NCBI GenBank assembly: GCA_973895155.1
Contig: OZ316891.1
Location: 24,613,899 to 24,677,898 of the forward strand
Length of the DNA stretch: 64,000 bases
Reading direction: 5' to 3'
Source: Marsupella aquatica
Taxonomy: Eukaryota > Plantae > Marchantiophyta
The position numbers were made by a program, and so were the translations under genes. The notes under the pieces were generated by a model, which did not search any database, was not told the DNA's origin, and worked only from the letters and a program-made list of their open reading frames with translations. How positions within the stretch are numbered: the first letter of the stretch is position 1; each line of letters begins with the position of its first letter. Positions 1 through 11,579 of this stretch are shown piece by piece.

Positions 1-3000
1 ATGGGAACCCGAGACCAATTGCACGAGGATATATGGGAAGGATTTCTATCTTACTCCCAAGGTAATTGCCGAAGTGTTTGGCTTGCCGATAGGCAATAAG
101 ACCAAAGTTGATACCAGGAAGACCTTGCCTGACAAGGAGTTCCGGTCGTTCCCCGGGCCATCAACGAAGAATGGCTTCTTCCGGAACACCTGCACCAACC
201 CGCACATAGGAGAGATGATCGACTTCTTGCGGGTGACCATGCATTGTAACTTGCCGAGGGCAGAGATCGGCAAGGCACAGGTCTATCTGGCAGAAAGGCC
301 AGACCCAAGCCGGGACTACAACGGGTACCTCCTCAACCAATTGAAGAAGATCTTAAAGGAGGAGCAGCAGGTAATCGGCATGGGGAGCGTGTCGCGGCTT
401 GGCTATCACATGCCGCTGTTGTGCCGGTATGCCAGAGGTCAGACTTTTGCCCCGGTACTTCCCCTGCAGGTAAGGGCACCCGAGGAAGCTCCAACGCCGA
501 GGCCGTTGGCTGAGAAGCCTCAACCACCTGTTAGTCCTACGATCGAGCAGGTGTTTAGGCCCAGGAAGGAAGACTTGCCGATGCAGCAACCAGGCATGCA
601 GAGTCTGCTGAAACTACTGGAGAAAGAAAAGAAATCGGCATCGGCAACAACAACGGCAACGGCAACAATGCAGGACACTACTACAGAGGTAGGCCTACAC
701 CGGCTCACAAGAGAAAACCCCTTTGCTGGAGACAAGGAGAGAATCAGGCCGGAATCCAAGCCAGGTGTTCGAATGTACGTGGGAACCTCAAGCTCCGAAT
801 CTGAGGCAGAATTGCCTGAAGCTCCTACCGACGAAGAGGAGAGGGAGAAGCCGGACGTCCAAGAGGTAGAGGAGGCAGTGGAGGACTGCAGCCATGATAA
901 TTCCGGCTATGGGTCGGACCATCACGTTCCAGGAGTAAGGACCTGTGGCCGGTTTGTCCCCACACTTCCAAGGGTAGTGCGAGGGGACCCCAACCAGCAG
1001 AGTAGCCCTGAGTCTCCCCCACCAGATGTTGCTCCCCCGAGCTTCGACGGCATAAAACAGATGGTGCAGGAATTTCAGGAGCGAATCAAGCAGGAGGAAG
1101 AGGCCGCCCTAGCTAAGGAAAAGGATTTACCAGGAGGAGATTGGCCGGAGGACATCAGGCGGCTAGCCGAAAAAGGAAGCAAACCTCTAGCCACGATTGA
1201 AGAGATCCGCAGGACGGCTTGGGAGCAGAGGCCACGATGGGCGATGCCGATCACTTCTACTTACTCCACCTACGCTAAGAATAGAGCCATGGAGTATGGT
1301 GAGATGTGTGGGGAACTTGCGCTCGGCATCTTTGGAGAGGAGTTGGAGGTAGGACCCTTTTTCCATAGGGAGCAGTTGGAGAAGCACCAATTAGAAGAAG
1401 CGGTGGCTTTAGAGAGAAGCAAGAAGGACGAGGTCATTCGGCGGCTTAGGAGGATGGAAGCCGAGATTGAAGATCTAAGGGCGGCCAAGAAAGCCCAAGA
1501 TGAACTGCGGATTAAACGACATGAGCTGAACATCATGCAGGGGCAGTTGGACACCGCGCAGGCTGATAATCAGAATATCAAGGATAAACTGACTCAGACG
1601 CAGGAAGAGTTGGCCGACACGATCAAAGAGAGGGAGAAGTGGAAGCAAGAGCTGAAGAATACAGAGGAGGCCCACATAACAGCCAATAGCCGGGCCATGG
1701 CGGAGACCCAAAGAAAGGAATGGGCGTTGAAAGGGGAGCTCGAGAAAATCCGCGGAGCCCTTGAACAGAAGGAGGTCGAGTTAGGGAAATCCTATCAAGG
1801 GATTATGGCGCTGCAGCAGGAGCTTGCGTCCCTGACGGCCAGCTTCAAGGCCGACCTAAGGGAGAAGGACGAGATGCTCGAACAGACTTACGCCAAGATG
1901 AACCAGATGGAGTCTGTCATCATTGCAGAGCTCGACAAGGAGCTAAGAGCAACCCAGGAGGAGAGGGCTACCTTGAAGAAGGAATTGGAGGAAGCCCACA
2001 GGGAGCAGGAGGAGGCCAAAAACGAGCTGGAGGGGGCACGTAAGGACCTGGATGAAACCCAAGAGGAGTTGGAGGAAATCATGAGGAAGATGGAGAACCT
2101 ACAGCGGCGGGCCGACAACCAAACAGAGCGGCTGAAGAAACAAGCCACAGTATTTAAATGCTTAGCTGCAGCAGGTCCATCTCCCGTTGGGACAAACCAG
2201 TTACCAGGGGTGGTAATTGCCGAAGGACAAGCCGCGCCAACTGCACCAGTGCCGGAAGTAAGTGGGAAGGGGAAGGGACCAGCTGCCGAGCCACCAACGA
2301 AGAAGAAGCGGAAACCTTCAGGGTCAAGGAGTAATACGACTTCACAGGCCGTGGTGATCAAGGAGGTAGACCCAGCACCGACCCCAGACAGGGTCACGGC
2401 TAAGGATCCAACTACCCTAGGGGAAGGGGAGGCCAAAGCCGTGGGAGTGGCTGAGGCCAAAGCCGTGGGTATTGCTGAGGCCGGTGTCGAGGCTGAAGCC
2501 GAAGGTGGACCCAGTCAGGCCGATGGAGAGTTGACTCGGTCAAGGGCAGGTAATCTGTCAGTAGGCGGGCCAACGGCAGTGGCTGAGGAGGAAGTGTTGG
2601 GGGCGTCCATTAAGGATCCACCACCGGTGTCGTGACGGTGCAAGGGCGCCGTTCCTTTTAGGGAGGGCGGACGTGGAGGGAGGAGGCGTGAGTGGGCAGG
2701 GCGGGCGTGGATCTCCACGTTTAGGATTAGGATCAGAACCAGGAGCGGCCCTGACACTTAGCTTAGTGGGATTGCGGTCCCACTGGTAGGAGCAACACTT
2801 GTGCTCCTGCCTTGCTGTACATAGGTAGATTCGGGCAAGTAGATTATTGTTAAGTAGATTAGGCTTACGATGCAAAGAATGGCGGATCCACTACCAGGAT
2901 AAGTACCTGGGCAGCGGGGAGCTCAGGGCCTCTTCTTTAGCAAGTTTTTAGTTTGCACCAGCCGGGCTGGGATCAAGTAGTACGAGAAGCTCTCGGTTAG

Positions 3001-3547
3001 TCATACAGTGACCCTTGTGTATATTCATGTTTCCTCATGCCTAAGAGCTGAATAGAGTTGGCCTCATGGCTTAGTTCGCAGAACTTGTGTATGAGATGTA
3101 CTGTTTGTATGGCAAGTGCATGGTATGACTCAGTCAGAATGAGTCATTTTGCTATTTGTGTGTCGCATTAACTTGTGTGAAGAGTGCCCACATCAACAGA
3201 AGGAAGGAAAGTAAGCAGGGGAGTGAGAGTTGGATGTGTCGAGCTGAGAGAGGTCTTAGCGGCTTAACCAAGCCTATTGGGGATCATTCCGGCGGCGGAA
3301 TCCAAACATACCTAACAAGAAGACAGGGGAAGACAGGGGAAGGCCTATATTAGGCCGGCTACGTATCTCATGACCCGATGAAGGATCTATCCAGTATATG
3401 TGTGTAAAATGTTAATAGTAGTAGTAGAAGGTTAGCAGCGTCCCATGCCGCTAAGCTGCGGAAACGGCCTCGCCAAGCACGAAACCTGCGGGAATCGGCT
3501 TGAGCTGGGGGGTTTCTTGGGTTTAGGGAGCCATGGGACGCACCACA
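1..3547 (+). mobile_element. Giant LTR family A, copy 1 (5'-truncated by window; 3' or solo LTR), inserted into copy 2
   Basis: Near-identical to 59627-63206. Ends in the same terminus ...GGGACGCACCACA at 3547. Followed not by a PBS but by the interrupted antisense copy 2. Confidence 0.9.
74..2635 (+). CDS. LTR-encoded protein of family A (C-terminal 853 aa, open): plant-transposon-type domain, acidic/Pro linker, long coiled coil, KKKRK putative NLS
   Basis: 853-aa ORF with heptad-rich E/K/Q segment. Same protein as 58662-62285, and has CAG where copy 4 has the stop at 61164. Confidence 0.8.
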   Translation: MFGLPIGNKTKVDTRKTLPDKEFRSFPGPSTKNGFFRNTCTNPHIGEMIDFLRVTMHCNLPRAEIGKAQVYLAERPDPSRDYNGYLLNQLKKILKEEQQVIGMGSVSRLGYHMPLLCRYARGQTFAPVLPLQVRAPEEAPTPRPLAEKPQPPVSPTIEQVFRPRKEDLPMQQPGMQSLLKLLEKEKKSASATTTATATMQDTTTEVGLHRLTRENPFAGDKERIRPESKPGVRMYVGTSSSESEAELPEAPTDEEEREKPDVQEVEEAVEDCSHDNSGYGSDHHVPGVRTCGRFVPTLPRVVRGDPNQQSSPESPPPDVAPPSFDGIKQMVQEFQERIKQEEEAALAKEKDLPGGDWPEDIRRLAEKGSKPLATIEEIRRTAWEQRPRWAMPITSTYSTYAKNRAMEYGEMCGELALGIFGEELEVGPFFHREQLEKHQLEEAVALERSKKDEVIRRLRRMEAEIEDLRAAKKAQDELRIKRHELNIMQGQLDTAQADNQNIKDKLTQTQEELADTIKEREKWKQELKNTEEAHITANSRAMAETQRKEWALKGELEKIRGALEQKEVELGKSYQGIMALQQELASLTASFKADLREKDEMLEQTYAKMNQMESVIIAELDKELRATQEERATLKKELEEAHREQEEAKNELEGARKDLDETQEELEEIMRKMENLQRRADNQTERLKKQATVFKCLAAAGPSPVGTNQLPGVVIAEGQAAPTAPVPEVSGKGKGPAAEPPTKKKRKPSGSRSNTTSQAVVIKEVDPAPTPDRVTAKDPTTLGEGEAKAVGVAEAKAVGIAEAGVEAEAEGGPSQADGELTRSRAGNLSVGGPTAVAEEEVLGASIKDPPPVS

Positions 3548-4834
3548 TGCGGGTTGGTGCAGGTGTTTCGGAAGAAGCCATTCTTCGTTGATGGCCCGGG
3601 GAACGACCGAAACTCTTTGTCAGGCAAGGTCTTCCTGGTATCAACCTTGGTCTTATTGCCTATCGGCAAGCCAAACACTTTGGCAATTACCTTGGGAGTA
3701 AGATAGAAATCCTTCCCATATATCCTCGTGCAATTGGTCTCGGGTTCCCATGACCCCACGAATTCTAATAGGTCTGAATTCGGCACCTCCGGCTTCAGCC
3801 ATGGTAATCTTACAAAGGCCTCTAAGCCGGATCCGGCCATGAAGCCTTGGTACTTCTTGGTCTGCATGGCCGTAAAGCATGCATCCTCCTCCCGTGCAAA
3901 ATGTAGTTGCACCTCCACCGGTAGAGTTGCCGCCCAACCCTTCCAGGTGTCATCCCTGGTTGGAATGGCATTAATGGGATCGACCTCCTCCACTTTGGCT
4001 TCTCCCTGCCTCCTGCTCTGCTGCTCGGCTGGCTTCGTTGGTGCCGCCAACCTCGTTCTTTTGGCCGGGGTGGCTTCATCGTTGATGGCTCCCTTCCTCT
4101 TCATCTTGGTTGCCGTGGAGGTTTCTCCTAGCACTGTTGCCTGGGTCCACCTTTCCGTGCTACCCTTCAATTCCCAGTGTATGTCGTTGCAGTTCTTGAT
4201 GGCCTCTCGAATGCCGATGATTCTGTCTTCGCAAAACAGAAGATCGTCGAGCTGATTGGAAGTAGGAGTCCACAAGAACTCGGCCTTGATGAGTTCGCCT
4301 CCTAAGAAAGCCGTTTTCTGCAGCTCCCACAATCGAGCGAGCTCCTGTCGTTCTCGAGCTGCCCTTTTTGATTCTTCGTCCTCGTAAGTCTTGATGTACT
4401 CAGTTGCCCGTTTGAACAGGCATCCCCAGAAATGTGCCGCTTGATTGACGTTGCTCATACCCTCCTTAGGTCGATTGTCAGTATCTACTCTCTCCCCGAG
4501 TGCTTGCCTAAGCAGCTGACAGTAGTTGGCCTCCCGTAGTCGTCTGCCTAGTTCGTGCTCGCAAATGAGCCACCATCTCCTACAAGCGCTCCTTACCCCT
4601 CTCCTCTTCCGGTCCTTCCTCCCGTTGATCCTTCCTAGCCGCCGACGCTTAGCGTGCCCTAACCCTAATCGAGTTTTCACCCCCAGCGTCCTTACCTCCG
4701 GCCTCGGCCCGGGTTCCATAGTCGCCCCTAATTGTTTATATTTTCCTTGTTTTGTCCCTATACTAAGGTGTTTCCAGGGTGCATTCCTGCTTTACCTACT
4801 TAACTGGCCGAGTGATTCCTGGCTAGGCATCACA
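3548..4834 (-). mobile_element. Giant LTR family A, copy 2 (first ~1.29 kb of LTR, antisense), inserted into copy 3
   Basis: Reverse complement begins TGTGATGCCTAGCCAGGAATCACTCGGCC at 4834, matching the LTR start at 58547. Carries the open N-terminus of the LTR ORF (ATG 4719). Confidence 0.9.
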
Positions 4835-7800
4835 TGCATGCTTTACGGCCATGCAGACCAAGAAGTACCAAGGATTCATGGCCGGATCTGGCTTGGAAGC
4901 CTTTGTAAGATTACCATGGCTGAAGCCGGAGGTGCCGGACTCAGACTTATTAGAATTCGTGGGATCATGGGAACCCGAGACCAATTTCACGAGGGTGTAT
5001 GGGAAGGATTTCTATCTCACTCCCCGGGTGATTGCTGAGGTGTTTGGCTTGCCGATGGGTAATAAGACCAAGGTTGATACCAGGAAGACCTTACTTGACA
5101 AGGAGTTCTGGTCGTTCCCAAGACCATCAACAAAGAATGGCTTCTTCCGGAACACCTTCACCAACTCGCACATTGGAGAGATGATCGATTTCTTGCGGGT
5201 GACCATGAACTGTACTTGCCGAGGGCAGAGATCGGCAAGGCTCAGGTCTACCTGGCAGAAAGGCCAGACCCAAGCCGGGATTACAACGGGTACCTCCTCA
5301 ACCAACTGAAGAAGATCTTGAAGGAGGAACAGCAGGTGATTTGCGTGGGAAGCGTGTCCCGGCTTGGCTATCACATGCCGCTGTTGTGCCGGTATGCCAA
5401 AAGTCAAATCTTTGCCCCAGTACTTCCCCTATTGGCAAGGGCACCAGAGGAGGTTCCAGAGCAGGGGCCGGCACCAGAGAAGCCCAACCAGCCCGACAGT
5501 CCGATGATTGAGTAGGTGTTTCGGACAAGGAAAGAAGACTTGCCGATGCAGCAACCAGGCATGCAAAATCTGCTGAAATTGCTGAAGGAAAAGAGAACGG
5601 TTCCGGCAACGGCAACAGTTCCGGCAATGGCAACGGCAACGGCACCGATACAGGACGCTCCCCCAGAGGTTGGCCTAAGCCGACTCAGAAGGGAAGACCC
5701 CTTTATCGGAGCCAAGGAGAGAAGGAGGCCAGAACACAAGCCGGGAGTGTGAATGTATATGGGAGCCTCAAGCCCCGAATCAGAGGCAGAGCAGCCTAAG
5801 GCTCCTTCCCGCGGAGAGCAGAGGGAGACGACAGCCTGGAAACCAGAGGAACCAGAGGCCATTTTCATGACTGGACCAGGGGAACAAAGGGAGAAGCCGG
5901 GAGTCCAAGTAGTGGAGGAGGCGGTGGAGGACTACAGCAATGATAACTCTAGCTATGGGTCGGATCATCATGTTCCAGGAGTAAGGACCTATGGCCAATT
6001 TATCCCCACGCTTCCAAGAGTAGTTCGAGGGGACCCCACCCAACAGAGTAGCCCCGAGTCTCCCCCACCAGAGATTGCTCCCCCAAGCTTTGACGGCATA
6101 AAGCAGACGGCACAAGAATTTCAGGAGCGACTTAGGGAGGAAGAGAAAGCAGCCCTGGCTAGGGAGAAGGATTTACCAGGAGGAGATTGGCCGGAGGACA
6201 TCAAGCGGCTTGCCAAAAAAAGAAACAACCCTCTTGCCACCATAGAAGAAATCCGCAAGGCGGCTTGGGAGCAAAGGCCGCGGTGGTTGATGCCGATGAC
6301 TTCTAGTTACTCCATCTATGCTAAGGGTAGAGCCATGGAGTACGGGGAGATGTGTGGGGACCTGGCGCTCAGCATCTTTGGGGAGGAGTTGGAGCAGGGA
6401 CCCTTTTTCCAGAGGGAGATGTTGGAAAAGCACCGATTAGAAGAAGCGGTGGCTTTGGAGAGAAGCAAGAAGGACGAGGTCATCCGGCGGCTTAGGGAGA
6501 AGGAAGCCAAGGTGGAAGTCCTGCAGGTGGCCAAGAAAGCCCAAGATGAGCTACGGATTAAGCGGCATGAGCTAAACATCATGCAGGGGCAGTTGGATAC
6601 CGCTCAGTCTGACAATCAGATTATCAAAGATAAACTAACTCGGACCCAAGGAGAGTTGGCCGGCGCAGTCAAAGAAAGAGAGAAATGGAAGCGGGAGCTA
6701 AGGGATGCAGAGGAGGCCCACTTAGCAACCAACAATTGGGCAATGGTAGAGAACCAGAGAATGGAGAGGGCGTTGAAAGGAGAGCTCAAAGATATCCGCG
6801 GAGCCCTTGAGCAGAAGGAAGCAGAGTTAGGGAAATCCTATCAAGGGATTATTGCGCTGTAGCAGGAGCTTGCATCCCTAACGGCCAGCTTCAAGGCTCA
6901 CCTGCATGAAAAGGACGACCAGCTCGACCAGACTTATGCCAAGATGAATAAGATGGAGTCTGTGGTCGTAGCAGAGCTCGACAAGGAGCTAAGAGCAACC
7001 CAGGAGGAGAGGGCTACCTTAAAGAAAGAATTGGAGGAAGCCAACAAGGAGCTGGAGGAGGCTTGCAAGGACCTGGACGAGACCCAAGAGGAGTTGGAGG
7101 AAATCACAAGGAAGATGGAGAACCTACAGCGGCGGGCCGACAACCAAACGGAGCGGCTGAAGACACAAGCCGCAGTATTTAAATGCTTGGCTTCATCAGG
7201 TCCAACTCCAATTGGGGGAACCCAGTTACCAGGGGTAGTATTGGCCGCAGGACAAGCCGAAACACTCACCCCGGTGGCGAAGGTAAGTGGCAAAGGGAAG
7301 GAACCGGCTGTCAAAATAGGGAAGAAGAAGAAGCAGAAACCTTCTAGGTCTGGGAGTTATACGGCTTCTCAAGCCGTTGTGACCAAGAAGATAAACCCAA
7401 CACCAATCTTCGGCATTGGCACGGCGATGGATCCACCAGTCCTAGGAAGTGGAGATGGCAAGGCTGAGGTCGGGAGAACCAGTAATGATGTCGATGTACC
7501 GGATCCTCCACTAGAACATGCCGGGGAGGCCGTAGTTGTATCGGAGGCCGTGACCAATGCTGAGGCCAAAGCCAAGGGTGGACCCAGTCAGGCCAATGAA
7601 GAGTTGACTCGGTCAAGGGCAGGTAATCTGTCAGAAGACGGACCAATGACAGTGGCTACGGAGGAAGCGTTGGGGGCGTCCATTGAGAACCAGCCACCGG
7701 TGTCGTGACGGTGTAAGGGCGCCGTCCCTTTTAGGGAAGGCGGACGTGGAGGTAGGAGGCGTGAGTGAGCAGGGCGGGCGCTGATCTCCAAGTTTAGACT

Positions 7801-8620
7801 TAGGATCAGGACCAGGAGACGGCCCTGACATTTAGATTAGTGGGATTTTGGATCCACGGGTGAGGGCAACACTTGTGCTCCTGCCTCGCTGTACATAGGT
7901 AGATTACAGTCAGGTAGATTACAGTAGGTAGATTAGGCTTACGCTGCAAGGAATCAGGCGGATCCACGACCAGGATAAGTACTTGGGCTACGGGGAGTTT
8001 AGGGCCTCTTCTTTAGCAAGTTTTTAGTTGCACCAGCAGGGCTGGGATCAAGTAGTAAGAGAAGCTCTTGGTTAGTTATACAGTGACTCTTGTGTATATT
8101 CATGTTTCCTCATACCTAAGAACTGAATAGAGTTGGCCTCATGGCTTAGTTCGCAGAGCTTGTGTATGAGATGTACTATTTGTATTGCAAGTGCATGGTA
8201 TAACTCAGTCAAAAGGAGTCATTTTGCTATTTGTGTGTTGCATTAACTTGTGTGAAGAGTGCCCACACCAACAAGTAGAAGGGAAGTAAGCAAGGGAGTG
8301 AGAGTTGGATGTGTCGAGCTGAGAGAGGTCTTAGTGGCTTAACCAAACCAATTGGGGATCATTCCGGCGGCAGAATCCAAATATACCTGACCAACAGGAG
8401 GGAAAGACAAGAGAAGGTCTAGATTAGGCCAACTGCATATCTCATGACCCGATGAAGAATCTATCCAGTATATGTGTGTAAAATGTTAATAGTAGTAGTA
8501 GGAAGTTAGTAGCATCCCATGTCGCTAAACCGCGGAAATGGCCTCGCCGAGCACAAAACCTGCGGGAATCGGCTTGTGCGGGGGGTTTCTTGGGTTTGGG
8601 GAGCCATGGGAAGCACCACA
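4835..8620 (+). mobile_element. Giant LTR family A, copy 3 (older, diverged, 5' part displaced); ORF pseudogenised
   Basis: Homologous to 59495-63206 with many substitutions, a frameshift near 5215 and stops at 5513, 5750 and 6860. Ends ...GGGAAGCACCACA at 8620, abutting transposase-like sequence. Confidence 0.88.
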
Positions 8621-9256
8621 ATATCTATGTGACATTTGCTCACGAAGATGTTGTGCTCGCTTTTCTTCAATTTCAGCACGTTCTTTTTTCCTTCTTTCTC
8701 GCATCAAACTGTCTTTGTATTCACAACAAAGAGTACACTTGGCAAATGCACCATCTTTATGAAAACTGAAGTTTGCAAATGAGTTGCTCCAGATCTTGTA
8801 GAGAGTATTCTCTGTGACAGGAGGAAGCCCTTCTTCCTTCATCTTTGTTCTCACATCTTCCAGAATCTCTAGCTTCTTGTAACACGCCGGAAGATGGTAC
8901 TCAATAGAGTCTGTCCCATGTGCCCCTCCTAAGGCATATGAGGCATGGGCTCTGCATTTCAAGTCAAAAAAACCTCCAACAGAGCTCGTGCATGCAAAGT
9001 ATTTGCCCTTGTTTTCATCAAGCCCGTATTGCCATGGAACCCAATTTTGCATCCCTCCACATATCTCCTTTTGTAATCATAATATTTGGTGTGGCTAAAA
9101 CCGTGGATAATTGCAATGCATGTCTGCATACGACCATACCCTTAAGAACATGGTGTCCCTTATCACAAACATCATCCTCTCTATAGTGAAAGAGGTTGAA
9201 AATGTGTAACGTTTTTGACTCGCTTGACATCCCATGAAATTCCATCCTAATATCTT

Positions 9257-11579
9257 TGTGACGCCGCCGGTACGGCGGTTAATGAGTGATTCAGTCTAAC
9301 TGCGCTCGGCACGCGCGTTAGGTGGGTCTTAGGCCGCTATTATTAGCATAACGACAGTATTTAGGTAATCATTAGGGGTAGGACATCATTAGGCAATAAG
9401 GGGGACTTCAGGTTCGGGCTGGCGGCGGGTCGCTATTCGCACACCCGGGTTACGAGCGTGGATGGGCCCCTCCCTCGGGTCCGTATAACGAACTTAAGGA
9501 AGCGGCCACTGACACACGCTGACTCAGACCGGCGGAGTGGCCGGTACACCACAAGCGTGAGCGGTTCAACCTATGGGCGTCGAGGAGACGTCGGGGGTCG
9601 ACAAGCCCTCAAAGTATAAAAGGGGAGCCAACCCTTTGTAGTGCACCAGTCCAGTGGACACGCCAGCTTCACCCACCCCACCTCCACAAATAGCTGTAAT
9701 CGTAACCGAGGAGGCGCCGGAGGGGTCGGTCGTCGCAACCGTTGATGCGACCCAACTAGCCGGGCTAAGTACAGAAGTTGGTACGGCAGAGGTCTTACCC
9801 GAACCCGGGTCTCCCAAGGACCCGCCGGTGGCAATTCCGGAGAACCGGACATCGCTGCAGGAGGACACTCCAGCCCCTTCCAACGTTATGTCCCCAGGGC
9901 TGGACGTCACTGCCCCGGCCCCTGCGCGTGTTGATGTCTGCCCGTGCCCAAATCCGGACAGGCACAACTTGGACCACCCGAAACTCTTCGTACAGGGTAC
10001 GTTTCTGAACAGGCTTCTGGGAGATTTCTCTCATCAAATTGCCCGGGATACCGGGGAGTTCATGGCCCGAAAGGTAGCCTGTTTCTTCAATCAGGAGTTG
10101 GTTGCCGCCGTAAAGGCAGGTCGGGCCCAGTCGGAGGCCCTTCAGAGGATAGAGCGGTACCAGGTGGAGTCCGTGTACCTAAAGAACGAAGTGGCGGCTC
10201 AAGAGGCTGAGCTTCTGCAACTACGACCCAAGGTTGCAGCCGCCGATGAGTTGTTAGCAAAGGCATACGCTCTTACCGCCCTAGCCGAACAGGCCAAAGC
10301 TGGGAACGAGGCCGAGATTACACTACTCCGGAACCAGATTGACAGTTTGAAGAAACAAGCTGTCACCTGGCAGAAAGACCTGGAGGAGGCCGAGGAGCGA
10401 GCCCAGCGGGACGCGACGGAGATAGCCACGCTGCAGGCCAAGATGGCATGGCTCCAAACCGAGGCCGAGAAGCAGGACCAGCTGGCGGGTAAACTGACGA
10501 GCGACGCCCAGCAGCTGGAGGAGGCATGTCAGGAGGCAGCAGAGGAGACGGACGCGGCGAGGCGAGAGAACGAATCTCTGCTGGACCAGGTCCAGCTCCT
10601 CAAAGCGGACAATGACAGGCTTCGAAGGCAGCGGGATGGCCGTTCCCATTCGGGCGGCTCTGGCAAGCATGCCAGGCATTAGCGGCGGAGTAGGAATAGA
10701 TTAGGATTAGGATTGGCTTAGTCAGGCTCTTGGGACAGGCACCTGCCTTAGGTACAGCAGCGCTGCCCTGCTGTCCAGCCTGCGTAAATTAGGATCTTCT
10801 AATAAGACACAGCCGTTTTCCGGCCTGACTGTCAGCTTAGTTAGGACCTTAGTCAGTGAATCTTCGGCGAGAGGACACCCCGTTCCTCGGCTCTTAGTAT
10901 TTAGTGCACCCCTCGGTAGAGGCAGGGGGGTTTTTAGTTTCAGAGTCGGACATCCGCGGGACATGCGGGGAGTCCCGACCTCTGGGAATGACAGAGTACC
11001 AAGGGGAGGGGGTAGGACTAAGCTCGCCGGGCGAGTGCGGAGCCGGGCTCCGTTGTAGTGTGCACCCTCGGCCTTGAACCTGTGCATTCCAGGGCTGTCG
11101 TGTCAACTAAGTGTACGCATATGTTCCCTTTGTAGTAAAATCCTTTCCCATCATTTTTCCTTCATGTAAATCGAGATTGTATGCATGTGTGCGCATATGT
11201 GTGTGGGTTTCTCGTATATGGGTGGCAGCGCCGGGCCAAACACACTACCCGAGACGTGCACAGGGTGCAGCCTGCGGGTAAGTGGTTGCGAGCATGGGTT
11301 GAGGACCTGTATCATCGAATCCGGATCGAAGGCGGACAGCACGAAGGCTTAGAAGCCCTTAAGCCGGGGTCGATCCTGCTATCGACTAAGGTACGTTCCG
11401 GCGGCGGAACACAAACCATACCTAGGAGGTGTCCGTATTTAGCAGTATGCGCACTTAGCGCTAGTTTACGAGAATAAGGTGCATTACGTGCTTCCCTTCC
11501 TGCCCGAACCCTCAGATTTACGAGGGATGTGCCCGTCTAAGCTGAAGTCTGAGTTAAGGCCGAAGCCTACGACGTGACA
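9257..11579 (+). mobile_element. Solo LTR of family B (2323 bp, internally deleted) with 5-bp TSD ATCTT
   Basis: TGTGACG...CGTGACA termini. ATCTT at 9252-9256 and 11580-11584. Homologous to 36162-40279 (-). Confidence 0.93.
9654..10682 (+). CDS. Coiled-coil C-terminal remnant of the family B LTR-encoded protein
   Basis: 342-aa open frame with Pro-rich then heptad-rich region. Homologous to frameshifted pieces at 37220-38251 (-). Confidence 0.6.
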   Translation: MDTPASPTPPPQIAVIVTEEAPEGSVVATVDATQLAGLSTEVGTAEVLPEPGSPKDPPVAIPENRTSLQEDTPAPSNVMSPGLDVTAPAPARVDVCPCPNPDRHNLDHPKLFVQGTFLNRLLGDFSHQIARDTGEFMARKVACFFNQELVAAVKAGRAQSEALQRIERYQVESVYLKNEVAAQEAELLQLRPKVAAADELLAKAYALTALAEQAKAGNEAEITLLRNQIDSLKKQAVTWQKDLEEAEERAQRDATEIATLQAKMAWLQTEAEKQDQLAGKLTSDAQQLEEACQEAAEETDAARRENESLLDQVQLLKADNDRLRRQRDGRSHSGGSGKHARH

